NCBI RefSeq assembly: GCF_006345805.1
Contig: NC_043001.1
Coordinates: 77,996,001 to 78,060,000, forward strand
Direction: 5' to 3'
Source of the DNA: Octopus sinensis
Taxonomy: Eukaryota
Length of the DNA: 64,000 nucleotides
A model generated the notes under the pieces. The model was not told the DNA's origin. It did not search any database and worked only from the letters and a program-made list of their open reading frames with translations. Positions 53,318 through 64,000 of the stretch are shown in pieces (the first letter of the stretch is position 1; every line of letters starts with the position of its first letter). The position numbers and the translations under genes are program-made.

Positions 53318-53920
53318 AAGAAATCCGTTGGAAAAACAAAAACAGAACAGAGGCAGAGCAAAAAACAAATCGAACTGTGCTCCTAAGAGCCCATGGCGAA
53401 AACTGTTTATCAGTGTATGTTGAGAACCGGTGGCTGAAGAATTCAACAGGTCAGGCATCGGTCAACATGTGGGTGAGGGTGTATAGATGTTCTTTGTGAC
53501 CGAGAATAAAGTTCTGACTATTTAAAGAATATTGGATGTTTTATAAGGGGGGAGAGAAAAATCTACTTAGAGACGTGTGTGTGTGTATACTGTTCTATAT
53601 ATGTGTGTGTTGGCGTAGGGGTAGAAAACATTTTTTGTGTACGTGTGTGCGTTTGATCGTTCGGCTGTCAGTGGCTACTGCCGTGATAACCGTTGGGTGG
53701 CAGAAGAAAAAAAAATAAAGAAATTATATATATATTTTATGTTTTATGTGTGTGTGTGTGTTCATCTAACTACCTTGACAAGGAAACCCCCCGCTGTGAA
53801 AAAACAAGCCCCGTTTGTCTTACAGGAGTAATTTCCCTTGCAGTGGTTAATTGTAGATATCTTAAAATCTATTTCAGAATTTGTTACCAGGGCTATGGGT
53901 GCCGGTCTTATTTATAAACG

Positions 53921-55687
53921 CTATTTAAAGGCCAGATAAGTGTAACGCCGCCAATGGGGGCATCGAAAAGCCGACTGTAAGAGCCCGTTTACCATCCGGC
54001 CTCTGGCAAACAAAAATATGGAAGAGTTCGGAGACACAAAGTTGCACTGTCTTCTGCCCCTATCAAATGGGAGGGCCACCGACAAAATTGACCATTCCAG
54101 CCTATAGCTTAAGTTCGCATCCTTCAGTCGCCATATTAGCTTACTGAGTCCCGTGGTCTGGCGCTTGTTCACGTCCCGAAAAGTTGCGTAATGGTTGGAG
54201 ACACGCAAAGACAATCTTGAGGATGATGCCCCTATATAAGTGAAGGCATCTGAGTCCGTGTAAACCTTGCATTGGTAGACGGCGTTTTTGATCTTGGAGT
54301 TCGCCGACGTAAATCTTACTCTGCTAGGATTGGTTTCTGAAATTAGAACTGCGTTCCTGTCACTATATTCGTTCCGAGACCTGCAGCCGCTTACTACTCT
54401 ATTTTCCACTACGTCACTATTAACTATAGGAATAACCCTGATTCTCCACTATCTATCAGAGTGCTGTCATTGCTACTGCCCGTGGTACTGCTATTGCGGG
54501 AAATGATGCTGGGGATGCTAAAGGGGCTCTCTACCCTACTCCCATTGTTACCATCAACCACAACCCCCCTATTTATAACTATACCCCTAGTGGGTACTCC
54601 CTGGCTGGAGCTGAGATTATGTGTCACTGTACTGGCTCTCATATCATTATTACTACTATAATTATTCCTACTGAGCATTAAACCGGGAGCGGAAGAGGCT
54701 GTGCCTCCGGAAAAAGGTGATAGGGTCTTAGTAAGTAGCCTATTATTATGGGAGGCGATTATCTGGGCGAGGTTTTTAGTGTTGGAGAAAGCTATCCTAA
54801 CTTTATGTGAGTTAACCGTGGAGTAATATTTGGAATTTCTGGGGAAGTTATTGGCGATGGCTTGTCTAAACATGAGGGGGAGGTTAGTTCTAATCTGCTT
54901 ACCAAAGGGGATTACAAACCATATATGCTTATTCCTATAAGTGTGATGGGTCGGGACGCCAGCTCTCGCATTTTGGGTGGGTGATTCTCGGATGAATAAC
55001 GGGTCTTGGGTTAGTGTAAGACCTCCCGGACCGATAATTATCCTTGTTCGCTAAATTAAATGCGGGAGCGACTACCCCGGTATCCGCCGCGCTCCCGTCC
55101 TTACTTAAAATGTTAATGTTATTATATACGCCCTATCCTGATGACCGAATGATGGCATCGGAAGGGCGGATCAATATAAATTACCTTCTGCCTATAACCG
55201 GCCTTGGATAGTGCGGCGTTATAAAAATCCGCTTTCTGCATAAAAATATCGGCACTGGCGGACAGGCCAGACAATCTTAGAGAGATGTTTTAACCAAATT
55301 GTCTGTACGGTTTGGCATGATTGAGAAGACACTGACAATACTTCAAATTAGTGGAAGGCTTATGGTAAGGGCAGTATGAGTCGCTATTAAGGTTAAGTGT
55401 AACGTCTAGGAAATTAGCCTTGGTGAGTTCGTTATCAAAAACTATACTCATGCCCATTCTATTAAAAAACCTAGCTAACCTGCTCTTAGTTTTCTGCACT
55501 ATTCTGTTCGTGGTGTTTGCAGGTAAAACAGACAATCGGTCACGATAAGGCCGCCCGACGATTTCCGGGAATTGATCGGACAATTCGTAGAGAATATATA
55601 TTCCGACCAAATCGGCTATCTGCGCACTATCCGAACTACCCATAGACACATCAAATTCATTGGAGTATCCTTACGGATCCACAGCTT
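53921..55687 (-). pseudogene. Penelope-like ORF, 5'-truncated, frameshifted (late RT, thumb, linker, GIY-YIG)
   Basis: MGSSDSAQIADLVGIYIL..YRD..NFLDVTLNL; NAVYQCKVYTDSDAFTYIG..RVSNH..LSKLIWRLKD..CPH. Confidence 0.88.
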
Positions 55688-55688
55688 A

Positions 55689-57927
55689 GAAAAACCAATT
55701 GGAGTACCCTGAGGAAGGTAAACTTGGAAATAAGGATATAATATTTAAACACCGAATTCAAATGAGAACCAGCCGCTTAGCCCCAAGCAACCCAGATTTA
55801 TAGTGAAGGACCATAAACCTAACTTCCACACCAACCCAGCGCTAAGACTCATATGCCCTGCTAGATCTGATATCGGGATAATCAGTAAGTACATTTTAGA
55901 TAAATATATCCCTAGTTTAGTAAACAAGCTGAAGCTCAGCCTCTGGCCAACTCCTCGCAGGTAGTGAAGTGGTTCTCTTCCATCCCCAATAAGAACCGTA
56001 CTAGGTTCATTCAGTTTGATATCGCCAGCTTCTACCCCTCGATTAACCCTAGTGTGCTAAATAAGGCCCTCTGGCATGCTCACAACAAGGCAGGCCTCAC
56101 CAGAGAAGAGATAGATATCATTTAGTTGCCAGGAAATCGTTTATTAAGTTTGATAATAAGCTGTGGATCCGTAAGGATACTCCCAATGAATTGATGTGCC
56201 TATGGGTAGTTCGGATAGTGCGCAGATAGCCGATTGGTCGGAATATATATTCTCTACGAATTGTCCGATCAATTCCCGGAAATCGCGGGCGGCCTGTATC
56301 GTGACGATTGTCTGTTTTACCTGCAAAACACCACGAACAGAATAGTGCAGCAGAAAACTAAGAGCAGGTTAGCTAGGTTTTTTAATAGAATGGGCATGAG
56401 TATAGTTTTTGATAACGAACTCACCAAGGCTAATTTCCTAGACGTTACACTTAACCTTAATAGCGACTCATACTGCCCTTACCATAAGCCTTCCACTAAT
56501 TTGAAGTATGTCAGTGTCTTCTCAAATCATGCCAAAACCGTAACAGACAATTTGGTTAAAAACATCTCTCTAAGATTGTCTGGCCTGTCCGCCAGTGCCG
56601 ATATTTTTATGCAGAAAGCGGATTTTTATAACGCCGCACTATCCAAGGCGGTTATAGGCAGAAGGTAATTATATTGATCCGGCCCTTCCGCTGCCATCAT
56701 TCGGTCATCAGGATAGGGCCGTATATAATAACATTAACATTTTAAGTAAGGACGGGAGCGCGGCGGATACCGGGGTAGTCGCTCCCGCATTTAATTTAGC
56801 GAACAAGGATAATTATCGGTCCGGGAGGTCTTACACTAACCCAAGACCCGTTATTCATCCGAGAATCACCCACCCAAATGCGAGAGCTGGCGTCCCGACC
56901 CATCACACTTATAGGAATAAGCATATATGTTTGTAATCCCCTTTGGTAAGCAGATTAGAACTAACCTCCCCCTCATGTTTAGACAAGCCATCGCCAATAA
57001 CTTCCCCAGAAATTCCAAAATATTACTCCACGGTTAACTCACATAAAGTTAGGATAGCTTTCTCCAACACTAAAAACCTCGCCCAGATAATCGCCTCCCA
57101 TAATAATAGGCTACTTACTAAGACCCTATCACCTTTTTCCGGAGGCACAGCCTCTTCCGCTCCCGGTTTAATGCTCAGTAGGAATAATTATAGTAGTAAT
57201 AATGATATGAGAGCCAGTACAGTGACACATAATCTCAGCTCCAGCCAGGGAGTACCCACTAGGGGTATAGTTATAAATAGGGGGGTTGTGGTTGATGGTA
57301 ACAATGGGAGTAGGGTAGAGAGCCCCTTTAGCATCCCCAGCATCATTTCCCGCAATAGCAGTACCACGGGCAGTAGCAATGACAGCACTCTGATAGATAG
57401 TGGAGAATCAGGGGTTATTCCTATAGTTAATAGTGACGTAGTGGAAAATAGAGTAGTAAGCGGCTGCAGGTCTCGGAACGAATATAGTGACAGGAACGCA
57501 GTTCTAATTTCAGAAACCAATCCTAGCAGAGTAAGATTACGTCGGCGAACTCCAAGATCAAAAACGCCGTCTACCAATGCAAGGTTTACACGGACTCAGA
57601 TGCCTTCACTTATATAGGGGCATCATCCTCAAGATTGTCTTTGCGTGTCTCCAACCATTACGCAACTTTTCGGGACGTGAACAAGCGCCAGACCACGGGA
57701 CTCAGTAAGCTAATATGGCGACTGAAGGATGCGAACTTAAGCTATAGGCTGGAATGGTCAATTTTGTCGGTGGCCTCCCATTTGATAGGGGCAGAAGACA
57801 GTGCAACCTTTGTGTCTCCGAACTCTTCCATATTTTGTTTGCCAGAGGCCGGATGGTAAACGGGCTCTTACAGTCGGCTTTTCGATGCCCCCATTGGCGG
57901 CGTTACACTTATCTGGCCTTTAAATAG
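55689..57927 (+). pseudogene. Penelope-like ORF, 5'-truncated, frameshifted (RT + GIY-YIG)
   Basis: ..VKDHKPNFHTNPALRLICPARSDIGIISK..FIQFDIASFYPSI..GLYRDD..NFLDVTLNL..NPPF..HNNRLL..TYIG..CNLCVSE..CPH. The motif pattern resembles the Hydra-type C-terminal EN+ PLE group; the clade is not verified. Confidence 0.9.
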
Positions 57928-58528
57928 CGTTATAAATAAGACCGGCACCCATAGCCCTTGGTAACAAATTCTGAAATAGATTTTAAGATATCTACAATTA
58001 ACCACTGCAAGGGAAATTACTCCTGTAAGACAAACGGGGCTTGTTTTTTCACAGCGGGGGGTTTCCTTGTCAAGGTAGGCTTAGATGAACACACACACAA
58101 CATATAAAACATAAAATATATATATTAATCTTATTTTTTTTTCTTTCTGCCACCAACGGTTATCACGGCAGTAGCCACTGACAGCCGAACGATCAAACGC
58201 ACACACGTACACAAAAAATGTTTTCTACCCCTACGCCAACACACACATATATAGAACAGTATACACACACACACGTCTCTAAGTAGATTTTTTCTCGCCC
58301 CTTATAAAACATCCAATATTCTTTAAATAGTCAGAACTTTATTCTCGGTCACAAAGAACATCTATACACCCTCACCCACATGTTTGACCGATGCCTGACC
58401 TGTTGAATTCTTCAGCCACCGGTTCTCAACATACACTGATAAACAGTTTCGCCATGGACTCTTAGGAGCACAGTTCGATTTGTTTTTTGCTCTGCCTCTG
58501 TTCTGTTTTTGTTTTTCCAACGATTTCC

Positions 58529-58618
58529 TTTTTTTCCTGAAGAGAAAGACACAATATGGTCCCATTATTCAATCGGATTTTGGTAATTTGTGCCTTTCGA
58601 AACACGTGTAGAATGAAA
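58529..58618 (+). ncRNA. Type I hammerhead ribozyme in PLE 3' pLTR (right arm)
   Basis: tttttttc-CTGAAGA(58537-43)-GAAAGACACAA..TTGTGCCTTTC-GAAA(58599-602)-C acgt GTA-gaatgaaa. Confidence 0.8.
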
Positions 58619-58734
58619 TAAAACGATTTCTGTTCAATCTGCGTTCAGCTCCATTTCTTCAATTCACCAATAATGTTTTATAATTATATTATATATAATA
58701 TATATATATATATGTGTATATATATATATATATA

Positions 58735-58816
<82 letters not shown>

Positions 58817-58821
58817 TATAT

Positions 58822-59145
58822 ACAATTGCAGCTTGGAAGGTGTTATAAACCATTTAAAAACACACAAAAAACGTTAAATTCACTTCAACATTTAAATTTA
58901 ATTTGTCAAAATATTATCGTCGCTTTGAAACCGCGACCTGTTCACTGACAGAATTTTGTCGGTGAACAGGTCGCGGTTCAAAGCGACGAAAAAATTTTGA
59001 CAAATTAAATTTAAATGTTGAAGTGAATTTAACGTTTTTTGTGTGTTTTTAAATGGTTTATAAAGATCTTCCACGCTGTAATTGTTTTTGCTTCAGCACA
59101 CGATCCTAGATCATGTCACTTGCTATGTAAGTACATCTCTGTAAC

Positions 59146-59150
<5 letters not shown>
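58822..59150. mobile_element. ~260-bp palindrome plus one-sided ~60-nt tail in (AT)n: inverted pLTR pair of another PLE-like family
   Basis: 58822-58950 and 58955-59085 are reverse complements; the tail runs to about 59148. Confidence 0.75.
58955..59004 (+). ncRNA. Candidate variant hammerhead (G3-C8 core)
   Basis: TTTGTCG-GTGAACA-g-GTCGC ggttcaaa GCGAC-GAAA-A aa TTT-TGACAAA. The inverted copy at 58903-58950 has GATA instead of GAAA. Confidence 0.55.
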
Positions 59151-59185
<35 letters not shown>

Positions 59186-59329
59186 ATTATATCATGAAGG
59201 TACAGTTTATTTTAAATATTATAAATATTGTAAAATTCCAATGTTCTAAAAAAATTGCAAATGCTAAAACATGAAAATTAGACTCAGCTGGAATCTCGTT
59301 GTTTAATACTTTGTTCTGTACAGAATGAT

Positions 59330-61300
59330 ACAAATTTCGATATATATGTATTCATTGAGATGCCCTTTGCTTCCACTTTTATAGATAGGCCATCTCATTA
59401 CTTCCTTTAATATGCCTGGAAGCTTACTGCTTGCAAGGAAACGCTGAGAGAAAAAACCACAGTGGTTTTGCAAGAACTCGTTTGTATGATTAGAGAAGGA
59501 TTGCCGGAATTCTATGGGAGCCATCAGCTGAATTTGCATCTGTCTTATCTATGGCAAATACCACATCGTATTTCATGTCGATTTAATCAATTGGTACTGC
59601 CTCACATTTTACATCTGTAGAGTAAAGTATTCTACAGGTTTGCTGACTTGCATGTGTCGTAAGCGTGGGGTGAAAACACCCTTTATTTATTCATTCAGAT
59701 TTTAACTTGCCCTCATTCAGTTTTTCCGCACGCGATCCATCTTATTAGTAGCCCTACCTTGAACGTATAACAACAGATAGTTTCAAACACTTAAAGAAAG
59801 ATTCAGGGTTAGATTTTATATTTTATATTATTCTGGATTCTTTGTTTGATCTTACTTTATCGTGGGAGCGTTTCAGATATTTCACAATCCCTAACAGAGT
59901 TGTTTTAGGCTGTTTTTTTCACTGCCGCTTAATTTAAATCTTTTTAGGTTGTTTGCGAATATTTTGTTGTCACAAGTACTTTCCTTTACCTGAGAATTTT
60001 GTTCTTATGTACACTGGCCTTTCCCTCTGAGACAATTTTGTAGTATATGGCTTGCATTATAGATATGGACTTTTTGAGTTTCATGTCGATGTTATATGTA
60101 GAAAGACATTGAGGCCAATCCTGTTTGAGGTTCTCCTTCTCAATGGAAGTTCAAATTGGATAGATTTCTAGTGCTTCTCATAGGCCTGTACGCCATACAT
60201 GGTCAGCGCCTTTATATCGTTAACAGAGATTGGTGTCCGAGGCAATTTCCCATATTATTTGTCAAGCAGAAATGAAGTGCCCCAACTGGTTGGAGTACCA
60301 CTTGCTCCATATATAAATGTAGGTGAGTTTGAGCGCGGAGTCCACCTGTCTTTTTTCACATTACGTCGTTCCTCAGAGAAAAAGGCCATCAGGCTGGGTT
60401 GAGAAAGTGAAGTCTCCCATGAGAAGTAGCTGATGTGTCGTTCTAATTTGGTTAGAACTTGTATTTTTGCAAAGCGGTCTTCAATGGGCCAGAGTGATTT
60501 GGAGCATCAGGTGTCCAATAAGTTGTACATATAACTAAATCAAGTTGTATTATATATGCAGTTAATGTGTCACGCTCGAAGTTTGAGTATGACCAAAGCA
60601 CCTGTGAGGTGAGGTCTTCACGGATGTACATTGCGTGTTCACAATGACTCCTGTCTTCTATGTCCACTTCACAATATACCATACTTTGTTACGTGTATTT
60701 CCGAAACTTTGATGTTAGATTTTTATGTGTGTTTTAGTGCGTTCTATGCATACGGGTTGATTGCATGCTACAAAGTCTCTCATAAATGGAATTTTTGTTC
60801 TGTTATTGATTTGCAACAATCCTCTAATGTTTAACAAAAATTTTAATATTATATCTGTGCTGATGCCATTGGTGGCCACTCTAGATCCGTTGATATAGTG
60901 GTGTTGTATGTTGGTGGGAATGGTTTCGACTCTAAAATTGATGTAGACAAGTCAATTGCTATACACTTTTTCGCGTCATGCATAAAGGCGATTTTTGCTC
61001 AGCTGCAACCCTTATGACAGCATCTGGATAGGGGTAGCTCTTGGAAGCAGTGTGCCTTCCATCAGTGTATTGTCTTTGTGTGCATTTACTACACTAATCA
61101 TTTCATAATTATTCTTCTTGAGAAATGTTTAGAGCCTCATGCCTCTGAAATTCTTTGCTGTAGACCCTATATAGATCTGGAACCATGTTGTGGTAAATAA
61201 AATTTTCTCCAATACTCCTTATTAAAGCTACCAAAATTTGCCCCTGTTACCTTAATAGTGAATAAGAAGAATCGGCGTGTCGTACTAACGTCGTAATAAT
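59330..61300 (-). pseudogene. CR1/L2-group LINE relic (APE endonuclease and start of RT)
   Basis: Minus strand ..LNIRGLL..HAMYIREDLTSQVLWSYSN..LDLVICTTYW..LLMGDFTF.. (APE), and ..FLASSKLPGILKEVMRWPIYKSGSKG.. (RT start). Boundaries approximate. Confidence 0.7.
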
Positions 61301-62411
61301 GTTGGCAGGTCCTAGTAAATGTATTTAGCTTTATCGTGTTATACCTTTTTGTTTTTCAATTCGATTTTGGTGTCTATCTTCTATGATCATAAATGTTGAT
61401 TAATGACTGAAAGGGTTTCGTGAATACAAGTGACCGAAGTGGGGTTCCATCAAAAGAACTCCAGAGCAACATTATGCGTCATTCAGAGATCAAGTTGTCT
61501 CTCCAGGTGTAGCCACTACCTCTCCGTATTGAGGGGCATATGACCAGTACTACCGACATGCGATTAACCTGCAACAGGAAAGAACTGCAGGATGGATGGA
61601 TGCTTCAAGCAAATACAACCTGAACGTGACCTAGTGGTACATGAAGAACGAAATATTTGGATAATATTCATAGTTTTAGTTGATCACATTTCTTTGTGAT
61701 TTAGTTGAATCCAGTCTGAAAGAGTAAGGAGTGTTGTTTCTGATACGCCCCTATGCAAGAGAAGCCCAAGGAATCTATCGTAACAGCCATCGCAAGAATA
61801 CTAGGGGAAAAAAATACCGGCTGGATACCATACGGCTAACAACGGGTATATTCATTATATGTGCATGAGCAATAGTCAGGACACGGAAGAATAAAAGCAC
61901 TAACTTACCATGGTCAGTGTTCAGATTTTGGAACTTCTAAAACCTGATATCTGTATACGTTCCAGACATTCATCATATTGGCGTCTTTCTCCATTGAATT
62001 GATTCAAATTTAGGAACGAACTCATTTCAAAATGTCGCCATCAAAGAATTTTATTATAACCCGAGGTTGAATATATTGTTCCTTCAGAGATGGAATTTCT
62101 TTGAAATTATTCGAAAGATTTCGAAAGCTCTTTGAATTTTAGAGATTTATTTCCTAAATCGCATCTTTGTGGCATAACTAAGTGCTGTGAAAAGCAAAAC
62201 TGTAGACGTTTTGGTTCCATCTTTTGTCATAATTTGAAAAGAAACATGAATTTTTCTATTGAACTTTGTACAATCTTTTTTATATTATTTTATTTTGTCA
62301 TTTAAGTAGCGATCAGTTGTTTCTCGCGTATAGCTAACATTTATTTATTTTTCTATTTCATTCTTACCTTCTCTGTCTTTACCATTTTACTTCCTTCTCT
62401 CTCTTTTCTCA

Positions 62412-62443
<32 letters not shown>

Positions 62444-63195
62444 ATTCTCCTTCTTTCTCCTGCTTTCTTTTCTTCCATTATTTTCAACATTAGCGTCTGT
62501 ATATATATTTTGCCATCTGCTACGCATTCTCTTTCTAAATTTTCACGTAATTTTCCTTCTCTTGCCATCACTTCCATGTTGATAGATACGTGTATTCTCG
62601 TTTATTACTGGTGTTTGGTAACCCACGAAAATAAAGAAAATCAGTGTTTAACGAATCACACAATATATAGGAAAAATAGATCCCATTTTAAGATCCCGAG
62701 TTGCCCTGAGCGTTGTGGTCGTTCGCTGGCGCGCGGTTTTTCGGTCCAAGCAGAAATCTTGACTGACGGCCGATTCATGGTATCAAATCAGTTCGTAATA
62801 AGGACGAGGTAATTCACAAATGAATATATACCGTGTTAACCCAATCACTGATAAATGAATCGCTAATGAACGAGTATAGATATATATTTATCTTCCCACT
62901 TCTCCCTAAAATAATATATACAGTCACTAGTTTCAAAATCTCATTCCTTTTATTGTAACAATCTTTTATTTTCTCTTTCCTTTTTGTCTACTATTCCCCA
63001 CCAGCCTATTTTCCTTCTCTCAATTGCTTATTCTTTATTCGAGACTGCTTTTTATTCATTCTCATTTTACATTTAATTTTCTCACTTTTTACTTCTCTCT
63101 TATGATTTCAATTCTTCTTTCTGTAACCTTTTATAGTTATCTGAATCTCTCGTTTTTAAAGTTATATTTTCTTTCAAGATTATTCTAATCTTTAA

Positions 63196-63400
63196 GACGG
63201 TTAGCTGTAGCAAGCCGGATTTATTTAGCAGGATTTTGTTTGTCATTATGTTCTGAGTTCAAATTTCTCGGACGTCGACTTTGCCTTTCATGATTTTAGG
63301 GTCGATAGAATAAATACCAATTGAACATTGGCGTTGATGTAACAGACTAGTCCAATCCACCCAAACCGTGATATTGCTGGCCTTGTGTCAAAATTTGAAA
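63196..63400 (+). mobile_element. SINE family A (diverged)
   Basis: gttctgagttcaaatttctcggacgtcgactttgcctttcatg..gggtcgatag. Confidence 0.65.
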
Positions 63401-64000
63401 CGAAGGCTATTCTAATTTTTAACATTGTAACAATTCCCAATGCCAATTCTCCAGCATGGACTCAGCTTGTGGTTGAAATCAACAAAAGATAAAAATCAAC
63501 ACATAAAACATAATAAAATTATAATGAAAACTCCAACTAAAAATCGGAATAACAGATGTAAAATCTTAGCTTCTGTTGTTATTAGCAAAATTTATATATT
63601 GAGTACTCCATTTTCTGCAACCTAAAATATTTGTTTGTGTATTTTGTATCGGACCAACTTTGGCAGCAATTACTTTAGTAGCCATCAATTGTATTTTGTA
63701 TCAAGTAAATATATAAGTAGAGCGAATTATTTTCCGACACTGAAGGAGTATTTTACTTTTATGACAGGTGTCGTGTAATGCTATGGTTCTAGGATTGCCA
63801 AGATGGATTCTCAGAGTTTATGAAGCACTCTTCAACCTCAGAAGGGAAATAATAATGATGTTCGATAAAAAAAGGAATAACTGTTCAAGAGTGATAAATT
63901 AATGGAATGCTAGTGTGTCCGAGCAGGAAGTTAGTAGTATCTGTTTCAGATTGTATTCTGACTTTAAATACATCCCTTGTTCTAGTGAAAAAGTTATCCA

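Larger units (their letters stand above)
53017..58680. mobile_element. Penelope-like retroelement (RT + C-terminal GIY-YIG) as a ~5.5-kb head-to-head inverted duplication
   Basis: Arms about 53168-55687 (minus) and 56158-58680 (plus) are reverse complements around a 470-bp spacer of upstream RT sequence. The minus copy alone has a ~150-nt 3' tail. Flanked by (AT)n. Confidence 0.92.

Noticed and set aside
55135-55170. CTGATGA-CCGA..TCGG hammerhead-like string
   Set aside because: No GAAA or stem III follows; it lies antisense within the PLE ORF, and the other arm breaks the stem.
57188-57577. 129-aa Leu-rich antisense ORF (and its mirror at 54288-54661)
   Set aside because: It is the antisense shadow of the Ser/Asn-rich PLE linker.
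61440-62000. Minus-strand ATG..gtaagt segment and a downstream ttgcag acceptor
   Set aside because: The joined frame hits a stop and has no recognisable protein motif; cannot be supported without RNA data.

Overview
AT-rich eukaryotic non-genic (intergenic or intronic) DNA. The SINE families and very dense (AT)n/(AAT)n/(ATCT)n/(CA)n microsatellites are most consistent with an octopus (cephalopod) genome; this is an inference. No host protein-coding exon could be supported, and nearly all ORF-track entries are microsatellite translations or transposon relics. The main signal is a cluster of hammerhead-ribozyme (HHR) elements with Penelope-like architecture, all inserted in (AT)n tracts between about 38 and 59 kb. 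(i) A six-unit ~530-bp tandem array (43.6-46.8 kb) has a type I HHR on the minus strand of every unit and ends in a 65-bp fold-back; it resembles a retrozyme/circRNA-producing element. (ii) A ~5.5-kb head-to-head inverted Penelope-like retroelement (RT + GIY-YIG) has an HHR in each 3' pseudo-LTR. (iii) A ~525-bp mini-derivative of that element lies at 41.3 kb. (iv) An inverted HHR pair at 38.0-38.7 kb encloses a copy of nearby genomic DNA. (v) A 260-bp palindrome at 58.8 kb carries a G3-C8 core-variant HHR. Several degenerate or variant HHRs occur elsewhere. A separate block at 22-30 kb holds (AAT)n-associated R4/Dong and RTE LINE fragments. CR1-type LINE relics, Tc1/mariner and piggyBac-type elements and many tRNA-derived SINEs fill the rest. 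All HHR folds were read by eye and none is experimentally tested.
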